The notes: generated by a model from the sequence alone, not told the origin. A stretch of 64,000 bases of DNA from a virus (IMGVR_UViG_3300029922_000015:85935-149934), one strand, 5' to 3'; shown: positions 53,371-62,558, counted from the stretch's first letter. Translations and numbers: made by a program.

Positions 53371-53399
53371 TTGCTTGCCTGTAGCTTATGCCTTACTCT
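53371..53399 (+). promoter_or_regulatory. sigma70-like promoter for the large RNA/RuvB unit
   Basis: TTGCTT-17-TACTCT; predicted +1 at 53406 coincides with the 5' arm of the closing stem. Confidence 0.55.
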
Positions 53400-53405
53400 A
53401 GCAAC

Positions 53406-53806
53406 GTTGGTCGAACGCTAGGCGCTGGCAAAAAACAAAAGCGCGGTGAGCTAACCTGATAGCACGTATCTGCAACGGAAAAGCACTGGTAAACTTTTAG
53501 AGTTTATCACGATGGTAAAACGGTAAACTTTACCACTCGCAAGAGAGTATGCGTCAATTAATGTGAGACAAGCTAGAGTGGCAAGCTAAAGACTCTAGAC
53601 AGGTCATTAAGTAGCGCAAAGGGCAATGCGATATTCGAAACAGGCTAGCGAGGCGGTCAAATCTCGCTAGCCTCTAGTTTCCAGCTAGGGCAATTGCAAT
53701 CTTGCGTCTCCCCTTTACCTTTTTTACTCTCATTAAATTAATCGCGAAAAAGAGAGTAGAGAGGGAAACACAAGAGATTGTCTTAGCTAGAGATTAGATA
53801 ACCAAC
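53406..53806 (+). ncRNA. candidate ~400-nt highly structured RNA
   Basis: GTTGGT/ACCAAC closing stem and multiple 7-11-bp helices; no ORF. Confidence 0.6.
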
Positions 53807-53824
53807 AAACGAAAGGAAAACATC

Positions 53825-53995
53825 ATGTCACAACGCATTGCACTCCATATTGCTTGCATCTATTGCAAGCCTCGCACGTTCACATTTCACGCTAAAGGCA
53901 TCATGCGCGAAATTGATTCCCTATCACTCGCCGTCAAAGTCATCATCTCGCAAGCGATTGTTATTCTATCGCTGGCGGTAATGGCTTTGTTTTAG
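53825..53995 (+). CDS. 56-aa peptide with hydrophobic C-terminus
   Basis: GAAAGG SD-like element; MSQRIALHIACIYCKPR...VIISQAIVILSLAVMALF. Confidence 0.5.
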   Translation: MSQRIALHIACIYCKPRTFTFHAKGIMREIDSLSLAVKVIISQAIVILSLAVMALF

Positions 53996-54080
53996 TCAGA
54001 TTTCAGCCTAGTCTAATCCGCTAGGCTGTAGTCTGGTAAAAACGCCAGAAACAAACAAACAACTAACGAAAGAAACAACT

Positions 54081-55073
54081 ATGAAGTTCACCAAAGAATA
54101 TATCGGACAACAGGAGTTTTGCCGGATGTCGGAAAACGTTTGCAATGCCGTCGCGGAAGAGCGGAACATCCCGCTTCCCTGCCTTGGCTTTGTTGGCTAT
54201 GCCGGACTAGGCAAGACTAACGCGGCGGAAATGCTTGCCAAATGGCTTAAGCAGGCAAGCGAGGGACAAGCGAATGCCCTTGGCGAACGCGACGAATTCA
54301 ATTATGTCGAAATCAACGCGGCAACCACGCTTCCTAACTTGATCAATATGCTTGTGGAGATTGAACACAAGCGCGTTTTGATCTTTGTTGACGAAGCGCA
54401 CGCTTTGTCGAAGAAAGTGCTTAATTTCCTTAAGCCCATTCTTGAGCTTGGCAACGCAATGACGAAAGAAATCCGTCACGGCGACTTTCGCTTCACCGTT
54501 GACCGCAAGCGGCACCTGTGGATATTTGCCAGCAACGAGAACTTGCTCGATTCCGCAATCTTTGGATCAACGGGTCGCGCAACGTCTATTCAATTCGTGC
54601 CTTACTCGCGCAAGGAGGTTATTGATCTTATCAAATTCAAAGCTTCCTTTTGGGCGAAGGAATTCAAGATCACGCCGGAAGCGATTGAATACCTCGCAGA
54701 TCGCGTTTTGCCTAATGGTCGCGCGGTGGATCATCTCGTAAAAGATGAATGCATGTACTCCGGCCCGACTATCACGGTTGAAAAGGCCAAGGAAATGTGC
54801 AAGACGTACAAGCGTTTCCCCGGCGGTCTTTGCGTCAACGACATCAAAACGCTTCGCTTTCTCGGCATCGATGCCAACGGAAAGCAGGTCAATGAAATCT
54901 CTTCTCATTGCGGAGGCGAGCCGAGTAAGGAAACGTCGTATCGCCTGCAATGGCTTGCCGGGCTTGGCTACGTTGACACTAAGGCGGGTAAGAAGCGCCT
55001 CACTCCCCCCGGCGCGAAATACCTCGCGGACTTGGAAGCTAAGCAAAAGGCCAAGAAAGCAGCAACTCGCTAG
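54081..55073 (+). CDS. ruvB: RuvB-like AAA+ ATPase (Holliday junction helicase homologue)
   Basis: EYIGQ, Walker A GYAGLGKT, Walker B IFVDEAH, C-terminal wHTH GL...D...L...GYV....R.LTPPGAKYL; 330 aa, the size of RuvB. Confidence 0.78.
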   Translation: MKFTKEYIGQQEFCRMSENVCNAVAEERNIPLPCLGFVGYAGLGKTNAAEMLAKWLKQASEGQANALGERDEFNYVEINAATTLPNLINMLVEIEHKRVLIFVDEAHALSKKVLNFLKPILELGNAMTKEIRHGDFRFTVDRKRHLWIFASNENLLDSAIFGSTGRATSIQFVPYSRKEVIDLIKFKASFWAKEFKITPEAIEYLADRVLPNGRAVDHLVKDECMYSGPTITVEKAKEMCKTYKRFPGGLCVNDIKTLRFLGIDANGKQVNEISSHCGGEPSKETSYRLQWLAGLGYVDTKAGKKRLTPPGAKYLADLEAKQKAKKAATR

Positions 55074-55081
55074 GCAATCTA

Positions 55082-55113
55082 GAGTTAGCCGGAAGTAACT
55101 AACGGCGAAACTC
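55082..55113 (+). promoter_or_regulatory. GRRGTRACTAA-loop hairpin (copy 3)
   Basis: gagtt-a-gccg-GAAGTAACTAA-cggc-ga-aactc. Confidence 0.6.
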
Positions 55114-55129
55114 GCAACCTAACAAACTA

Positions 55130-55555
55130 ATGAATCTTAACTTAAATCTCACCTTGTCGGTCATTATCGGTAAGGACATGACGCAAGCGCAAGCGGATAA
55201 TGCCGCAATCATCGCAGAATCGCTCGTAGCGCGTTTTGAAGCTAAGTATGGTCGCACCGTAGCGCCTAGCGTACAAGTCGCGTCTAATGGCAACGCAGAC
55301 GCCAACAAGGCTTATTTGCAAAGCCAAGGTCGCAACCGCACGCCAGTATCCACCGATACCGAGCTTGCCTTGCGCTCCAAGGTGGAAACTCCGATTGATT
55401 GGAGCAACCTGCAATCGCGGCATGAGGCATTGCGGGCGCTTGGTTATGACATCTTTGACCTTAACCGCGACAAGGTGTTTGCGAATGGCGCAACGCGCGG
55501 CGATATCGGCGCAACGTTTAATGGTGACGTATCCACCGAGGACATACCGGACTAG
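55130..55555 (+). CDS. hypothetical protein
   Basis: 141 aa, co-oriented with ruvB, A/C-rich leader. Confidence 0.7.
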   Translation: MNLNLNLTLSVIIGKDMTQAQADNAAIIAESLVARFEAKYGRTVAPSVQVASNGNADANKAYLQSQGRNRTPVSTDTELALRSKVETPIDWSNLQSRHEALRALGYDIFDLNRDKVFANGATRGDIGATFNGDVSTEDIPD

Positions 55556-55636
55556 ACCGCTATGCTTCTCACCGTCATCTCTTGTCTCTTGTTATTCTCA
55601 TTCATCACAACGCAACGTTAGTAAACACAATCACAT

Positions 55637-56056
55637 ATGCAAAACATCATTAATCGAATCACTGGCGCATCTATCGCGCTTCACCCGTCGGGCAATCGTC
55701 TTAAGTTGGTTATCGAAGGTACCTCAAGCCAAGTGGAGCAAGCGACTAACTTGCTCTATAACTTCCACGCAATTACAGAGTTGCCGGAATGGTATGAGCC
55801 TAGCTTTACCTATTGCGAATTCTTTGTGACGCGTAAGCATTTCATTCGCGGATTGCTGGCGCTTTGCCTGTATCATGGCACCAGCGAGCGCGACAAGGCC
55901 AAGGGTCGCATTGCAAGCGGATTTGCCAAGTGTGTCCAAGCTGTCATTGGTACGGCGCACTACTTCAAAGCCATCACGGTACAGCCTCAGAGCAAGCCTA
56001 GCGAGTTCATTTGCGCGTTGTCTGACTTGTCGGACGCCGAGCCGATGGCAATCTAA
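55637..56056 (+). CDS. hypothetical protein, paralogue of 16697..17059
   Basis: See 16697..17059. Confidence 0.7.
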   Translation: MQNIINRITGASIALHPSGNRLKLVIEGTSSQVEQATNLLYNFHAITELPEWYEPSFTYCEFFVTRKHFIRGLLALCLYHGTSERDKAKGRIASGFAKCVQAVIGTAHYFKAITVQPQSKPSEFICALSDLSDAEPMAI

Positions 56057-56068
56057 ACAAACAAACAA

Positions 56069-56100
56069 ACACGCGCGGAGGTGACTAACGCGCATTGTGT
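56069..56100 (+). promoter_or_regulatory. GRRGTRACTAA-loop hairpin (copy 4)
   Basis: acac-gcgcg-GAGGTGACTAA-cgcgc-att-gtgt. Confidence 0.6.
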
Positions 56101-56103
56101 CTT

Positions 56104-56250
56104 ATGAATAAAGTTAGAATCTATTGGACAGATGGCATGCTTTTTGATATGTGCACGAAAGGGCTTTCCTTAGCGCCCATTATCCAAACGCTAGAGCGAA
56201 GGATCGCGAGGGGTGAGATTATAGGATATGTTATTAATCCGATTGCCTGA
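56104..56250 (+). CDS. 48-aa peptide
   Basis: Manual translation MNKVRIYWTDGMLFDMCTKG... Confidence 0.45.
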   Translation: MNKVRIYWTDGMLFDMCTKGLSLAPIIQTLERRIARGEIIGYVINPIA

Positions 56251-56416
56251 CCATCTAACGCGGGGAAAGGTTGCCGTGGCTAAACGATTCAAGCGCGGCA
56301 TCCTACCCCTTTTTCCAATCATTCACATGGCTAAAGCTTCGCGCGCGCCGGGGGGCGCCTAGTTTTATTATCCCAAGCGATTTAGTTAGAACCCTTTACA
56401 TACATATTCTGAATTT

Positions 56417-59400
56417 TTACAGGGGGCTATTTTCTTGGAAACCTTTACAATACTTATCAATCAACGCCTCAAATTCTTCATTAAAATTGCCGTTGACGGG
56501 TTTAGTTAAGAAAGGATAAATCAATCCTATGGTAAAGCAAGCGGATTGAAGCTTAGCTAGTTCTAGCTCCTTACACGCTCCCACTCCTCCTCCTTGACCC
56601 TTGGGCGGCGCTGGTCTTGGAGGAATCGGGCCTAGATTGATCCCTCCCTTCTTTACCATTCCTTCGGTTAGTTTTTTTAGATCGTTCATTTTCTCTCCAA
56701 TATATTTCGGAGCCAAGGTTCTTCGATCATGCGCCTCATTTCATTTTGCGTGACCTTGATTTCCATTTTAAACAAGTCATTTCCAATAGCCTCGTAGGCT
56801 TTGGAAAATTCAACATATCCCGCCGCTAGAGGATCGGGATTGCTTGCTTCTATTCGGGCTACAGATGCTTTGCCGCAACAAGCTTCCGGCCCGACCAATC
56901 CATGTTCTTCACAATACCACAGGCTCATTTCTTTAATAACTCCGATATACTATTCGCACAATTCCATCCGTCTAAATAAGTTTTTCCGGCGAGAGACTTT
57001 TTCCATTCACATAATCTAAAACATTTGAAAACTAGGTCGTAGAACAAAAGTTTGTGAGGGGTATATCGATCAACGGGAATATAACCAATAAATTCGCAGG
57101 TTGTTACCATATCCCCACAAGAAACATCTCTTGTCTGTTCTCCTAATTGAAAAATCATTTCTTTTCTTTCTTTGCTAATTTTCTTGCCTTAGTTAAACTC
57201 TCAACAGCCATATCACTATTATTCCCTATAACAAAATTGTAAACGAACTACGCCCGCATAGGATAGGAGAAGGCAAAGAACCGATAGTGGCCCGCAGAAC
57301 ACGAAGAAAATCATGTAAGGAAAGAGCCGCCCGCAATCTTTGGGAAAACGATAGTCTTTAAGAAAATATAGCCCAAAACAAAACCAAAATAGTAATACTA
57401 TAAACATAATTTAAATAACTCCTCGTAAGCCTCATCAGCGGTTGATTTTTGATTCAATGGGTGTTCGTCCGGCCATTCGCAAATTCAACAAAGCAACAAG
57501 ATGAGCTTCTCGAATATCTTTCGCATCTACTTGAATCGTCTTAGTGATTTCTACTAAATACTTTTTCATTTATCCTCTATCATTCTAATGAGAGCTATCG
57601 TTATGTGAAAAAGGGCCACGAATCCCAAAGCGCCAAAAAAGCACAAAAGTAAATAATTAAACAGTAAATATAAACAAATCATCATAATTAATCAATCCAA
57701 AAATTATCTATCCAAAAGGTTTCTCTATCAACGATAAGTTCTTGTTCCCATTGCGCAAATTCCCACCAACGAGTTTCCCCTAGAATAGTTTTGGGGAATA
57801 TTAAAAATCTTTTTTTAATTCTTTTGTCTCCGTTTCGCTCGGTTTTCAATCTCATCTACAAACTTTCTCAATTAATGTAATAATACGATACTGGAAAAAT
57901 GAGGATTGACTATTTTCTTTATTAATTTTCTGACATTCTCGCTTATAAGCCCGCGCTTCGTTTAATGAAGGAAAATTTTGACTGTCTATCCATTCCGTCC
58001 AGCCAATTTTGCCGTCTTTCCATTCTTGATATTTAACTTGAAACATGTATGGCCGATTCATTTTTCTTATCTTCTTCTTTAATTTGCTTCCAAACGTCTT
58101 CAATTAAAATATTTAATTCTTTATTGGATAAATCAGGAAATTGGTCAATGAATTGTTCCCAAACCTCCCGTCTCAGCTTTTTGGTGAGTCGTCGCATTAG
58201 TTTTCCGAATAAAAATAGTTCAACAAATTAACAGCGTAATCCTCGTATTCTTCCGGCGCGATATCTTCATCTAAACAGTAAATGGTAATCAAGTCAAGAA
58301 AAAAGCGGGATTCTTCAACATTACAATCCTTCGTTGCAAGGGCATTATTAATGATGAGCGGACTTAAGATTCTTTCCTGATAAGATAGCATAACCTCATG
58401 TCAAGAAAACTTGTCCTTTCTTCCAATTAAAATTGCCGGGATTCGCAAGTTCATCTTCTTCTGTCATGCGATCCAGACCCGTCATACCATTGAAGATGCT
58501 TCTGCCATGCTGTGAATCCTCGGCATCAACCAAAACTTCCTGTTCGAGTTCTCCTATGGTCAAATGCTCAAGCGCGTATAGTAGTTCTTTATATTTCATA
58601 TGTTAATATCTAAATAATCACGAATAGCTTGTAAAGCTTTGCGCCCTTGTGTCCAAAGTTCTTTTAATTGCTCGTCTTCGAAATCTAGCCCATCTGTATA
58701 GCATTCTAAAGCATAGCCCAATCCCTCATTTTCTATTATTCCAGCTACGTCATCGTTTTTCATAATTTTTTGGATAAGACTTTATATTTCTTTCGATCAA
58801 ACCAGTTCCTTTACATTTTTTACATTCGGTAAATGCCGCGACATAATCTCCCGGTGCTTCAGGAGAATTATAACCAGAGCCTTTACAATCAGGACAAGTC
58901 TTCACGCTTCCCCTTCTTTCGCTGGAGGCGTGGGGAGAGGCGTCTTTGCCTTGTGGAAAGCTTCGACTGCCTTCTCGCGAGCCCTCGATATTATCGAGTG
59001 AAGCTGATCCACGTACCCGGTTTTCTCTTCACTTAAGATTGTTAGCACCGTCGTCATGTACGAGCGAAACCAAGCTTCTGGCACGCTCACCCACCCATCT
59101 TGGCTTGCGTGTTTGCGGAGGATGGATTCGACTTGCTCAGTAGAAGAGGTTCCGTGTTCTCGACAACAGGCAACAACCTCCTTCGCTATGGCTTTAAATT
59201 CGTCTTTTGATAGGTTCATGGCTGTTCCTTGTCGTGATAAAGCATCATGTGTTCGGCTTCGGGTACAATTTCATATATAGAAAAAAATAACCGATGAATC
59301 TTCTCATCGTGCTTTTGCGCGATTTCAGTATCGTCACCCCCATAAAGATAAGGGGCTATTTTCTTGTTGTACTCGCGTTGAGTAAGCTCCGTCTTGTCGA

Positions 59401-59731
59401 TTTTAGTAGCCGCTTGGGCCGGGGAAGTCATCGTTGTCATAAAATATAAAAAATCCTATTACGAGTATTATTATAGCGAAGATCATATAATCAAAGCACT
59501 AATTTGTCCATTATCCATTTTGCGCGTTCTAACTTCGTGAGCCCATCCGGCCATCACACAAAATGGCTGGCGTTTGTTTATCTGAGATTGCGCGCCGGGA
59601 AAGCAAGTTAGTAATTGCGCATTGATACATTTACCTCGAAAATGAACGGTCATAGTCGGAATTTGTGTTTTCCTTGAAAGAGGTTTATTATAATGATAAA
59701 AGAATCTGTACGTCTTATTACTCATCTTCAA
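56417..59731 (-). other. block of small leftward hypothetical ORFs
   Basis: Coupled ORFs 56417, 56686, 56925, 57219, 57852, 58197, 58396, 58902, 59216 and 59483, plus shorter ones. Confidence 0.75.
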
Positions 59732-60045
59732 TCGCCTTTGCCCATTTCAATGTTTACGCCATCCAACCATTCGGCAATGATATCGCCGTGGCACGCTTTA
59801 GGATGACAGAAACAACCGAGTCTTTTATCCTTTAAACTCAAAACCCGCTTTTTAAATTCGGGGTCTTTCTCGATTCTACTATAAAAATATGTACGATAAG
59901 AAGCTAAGACTGAATCTCGCGCCTCGGGCGTATTATCTTTAGCCATTATAAACGGATTGCCAAAATACCCATCTTGGCCTAGTCCCTTTCGCCCGATATA
60001 AACATCGAAGTCAGGAGTTTTATAAAGATTAACTACCGTTGTCAT
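59728..60045 (-). CDS. DUF4326 domain protein
   Basis: VVNL...DVYIGR...FGNPF...LKDKRLGCFCHPKACHGDII; ATG 60045. Confidence 0.85.
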   Translation of the reverse strand: MTTVVNLYKTPDFDVYIGRKGLGQDGYFGNPFIMAKDNTPEARDSVLASYRTYFYSRIEKDPEFKKRVLSLKDKRLGCFCHPKACHGDIIAEWLDGVNIEMGKGD

Positions 60046-60046
60046 T

Positions 60047-60262
60047 TTAAAAAGGATTATCGTCATCGACCTCTTGAGGAGCGGGCGCGGTCTTTTCTTT
60101 CTTCTTCGGCTCGGCTGGCTTGCCCGTATCCTTCAAATCAAGAAGCTCTTGCTTCAAGTCTTCGAACTTATCAATCCACTCTTGCTTCAAAAGCCAATCA
60201 CGATAATCGGCGGGCACTTCACTTAGTTCTATTCCCTTGTGCTTTCCAAACGGCATGTTCAT
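60047..60262 (-). CDS. DUF3820-like protein
   Basis: MPFGKHKGIELSEVPADYRDWL. Confidence 0.75.
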   Translation of the reverse strand: MNMPFGKHKGIELSEVPADYRDWLLKQEWIDKFEDLKQELLDLKDTGKPAEPKKKEKTAPAPQEVDDDNPF

Positions 60263-60696
60263 TTTCTGTGTGTTCCTATTTGTTTGTTATAAAAAATGTT
60301 TGCTACTACGAAAGAATGAGGATTTTTGATTCGGTCGAGCGCCAAGGGTATGAGCCAAAGGATACTTGGAACTACTTTTTCCGCGTCTGTTGTGAAAAGG
60401 CTATGATAATTTACTTCTTCATCTGTCATTGTCGTCACGATAGGAGATGCAACAGCAAAAAAGCATATAATCTCATTGCCATGATCGATCAAATTAGCGA
60501 ATTCATACCACTCTGTCAAATTCGCGCCTGTTTCTTCCTTAAATTTACGCACCATTGCTTCATATGGCGTTTCATTGGGCTCAATTTTACCTCCGACACC
60601 ATTAAGAAGTCCCTTTTGCCAATCGGGGCGCGTCTTTTTAATTAAAATAACATCTTTTAAGTCCGGCCCGATACAAAATCCACATACATATTTCAT
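60259..60696 (-). CDS. Nudix hydrolase
   Basis: GGKIEPNETPYEAMVRKFKEETG (Nudix box with E->K). Confidence 0.85.
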   Translation of the reverse strand: MKYVCGFCIGPDLKDVILIKKTRPDWQKGLLNGVGGKIEPNETPYEAMVRKFKEETGANLTEWYEFANLIDHGNEIICFFAVASPIVTTMTDEEVNYHSLFTTDAEKVVPSILWLIPLALDRIKNPHSFVVANIFYNKQIGTHRK

Positions 60697-61033
60697 CGTT
60701 TTATAAATTTCGCTATTTTAAAACCGTATTTACGAGCTTCTTTTTTAATAAATGGGTCTAGTTCCTCTGGAAGTTCTGGAGGGGGCTCATTGTCCCATCC
60801 AATATCGAAAAATCTTTGAAACCAATTTCGTTTTTTATTGTTACGAGATACGCGCCTCAATCCTTCAAAATGATTTTTTATAGCTTGATTGTACTCTAAC
60901 ACGATGTATTCCACTTCCTCCTTGCGTCCCATAATTAGTAAAGAAAAATTTGTAAATAAACACTAGCCCGAACCACGCGCCGAAAAAGAAAAGTATCAAC
61001 ATAAGATCATCTTACAACTTTTTTCACATTTTG

Positions 61034-61621
61034 TCAAGAAGTTTCCTTAATCCATTCTTCCCATCCGGCTAAGGTATCGGGGTTGGCGAGATTTTCTACC
61101 GGTACGCCAGCATATGCCGCCAAACGGATTGCTTGTCCTGTTCCTCCCGTTGCATAGCTTGTCTTAATAGCTAGGCCATCTGCCGCGTCCTTTGTCCAAC
61201 AAATAACAAACCGCGAAGGATGATTAAAATTAGAGCCGTAGATTTGAAAGGCATTACGGATCATTAGTTTCTTACCACCAATAGAGAGCTTAGCAAAATT
61301 AGGATGAAACTGTTTTGCTAATTGTTCACCGCTCTGAATGATTTTGCCGTCTTTTACTAGAATAGCGTTACGATAACCATGAGATAGATTGTTAAATCCG
61401 TTCCAAGGAATATAAATTTCCGCTGGCCCCTTCGCCTCCTCAACACCGCGTTGAAAAGCAGCGTCCGCACCGTCCGCGCCCCCCGAACGAAGAATATTAC
61501 GATTAACCAGAACCATTTTCATCGCAATTTTTTCCATAAGCGACAAAATGGACTCGGGTGTTTCTCTCGAACCTATTCCCGCATAATAGCAGTGTGTCAA
61601 TCGGCAGACGGATGGGATCAT
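61034..61621 (-). CDS. DprA/Smf-like (SLOG superfamily) protein
   Basis: YAGIGSRETP, LRSGGADGADAAF, RNAFQI, GGTGQAIR. Confidence 0.75.
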   Translation of the reverse strand: MIPSVCRLTHCYYAGIGSRETPESILSLMEKIAMKMVLVNRNILRSGGADGADAAFQRGVEEAKGPAEIYIPWNGFNNLSHGYRNAILVKDGKIIQSGEQLAKQFHPNFAKLSIGGKKLMIRNAFQIYGSNFNHPSRFVICWTKDAADGLAIKTSYATGGTGQAIRLAAYAGVPVENLANPDTLAGWEEWIKETS

Positions 61622-61754
61622 TTCCTCATCTTAGGGTATAATGTGTTGAAAGTCAAGCTCTTTTTATTTCGGGTTCATGAAATATCCGTTTGTCCACAAT
61701 ATTTTGCGTTTTAATGTTTTTTGTTCATCGGAGCGTAAGTTATTGTAATGATAA

Positions 61755-62528
61755 GTGATGAGAAAGAAAAACCTCGGGAAAGCCAACGGGAGCCTGAAAG
61801 CTCATACTTTAGATAAATCGATCAAAGTTTACCAAAGAGATAGAATCTCTTTCGAACTACATCTCGCCAAACCTGAATGGACAAAAAAACAAAGAGAGTT
61901 AATCGAAATTATTCGACACTCTAATACGAAATACATCTTCGTAAAAGGCGCAAGTGGAACTTCGAAAACCTTCATTTCTTTGGCCGTTGGCTTAGAGTTG
62001 TTGAATTTAGGCAGAATAAAGGAAATTATTTTAGTTCGTTCGATTGTTGAATCTGGCGCTGTAGGGCTTGGTTCTCTTCCCGGCGATGAAAAACTCAAAA
62101 TGAGTCCCTTCATGGCCCCTTTCGAGGAAAAATTAGCTCTTTTATTACCCAAAGACGAAATAAAAAAACTGTACGAAGATGAAAGATTAGTTTGTTTACC
62201 CGTAAATTATCTTCGAGGGCGCGAATTTAACGCTTCGTATATCATTATCGATGAAGCTCAAAATTTAAACGAACATGAAATTCAAACAGCTTTAACACGT
62301 TTGGGTAAATTTTCAAAAATGGTTATAGCAGGGGACACGGAGCAAATTGATTATATCAAAGGTAAAAAGGCAGATTCGGGGTTTAGAAATTTTTACGATT
62401 GGTATAATAAAGAAACTGCACAAGACAACGGAGTCCATTGTTTCAAATTCGGCATTGAAGATATTATGCGCGATGAAATCATCAAATACATTGTAGCGGA
62501 ATATGATTTATTCAGACAAAGAACATAA
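61755..62528 (+). CDS. phoH: PhoH family ATPase
   Basis: GASGTSKT, LGSLPGD, YLRGREF, IIDEAQN, LTRLG, GDTEQID. Confidence 0.93.
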   Translation: MMRKKNLGKANGSLKAHTLDKSIKVYQRDRISFELHLAKPEWTKKQRELIEIIRHSNTKYIFVKGASGTSKTFISLAVGLELLNLGRIKEIILVRSIVESGAVGLGSLPGDEKLKMSPFMAPFEEKLALLLPKDEIKKLYEDERLVCLPVNYLRGREFNASYIIIDEAQNLNEHEIQTALTRLGKFSKMVIAGDTEQIDYIKGKKADSGFRNFYDWYNKETAQDNGVHCFKFGIEDIMRDEIIKYIVAEYDLFRQRT

Positions 62529-62558
62529 CTATTATTTAGTGTAATAATTTATGAAACT

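Noticed and set aside
54207-56095. Long overlapping alternative-frame and antisense ORFs in the track (e.g. 54567..55046, 55287..55829), and similar shadow ORFs elsewhere
   Set aside because: Expected shadows of real genes in GC-richer DNA; no promoter, start context or motifs
53236-56150. sigma54-like TGGCAT-N5-TT elements at ~53237 and ~56132, and a shared CTTTCCTTAGCG
   Set aside because: Both lack the invariant -12 GC, and the second lies inside a small ORF
61755-62528. PhoH Walker A reading GASGTSKT instead of GxxGxGKT
   Set aside because: All other PhoH motifs are intact; a minor variant, not evidence of inactivation
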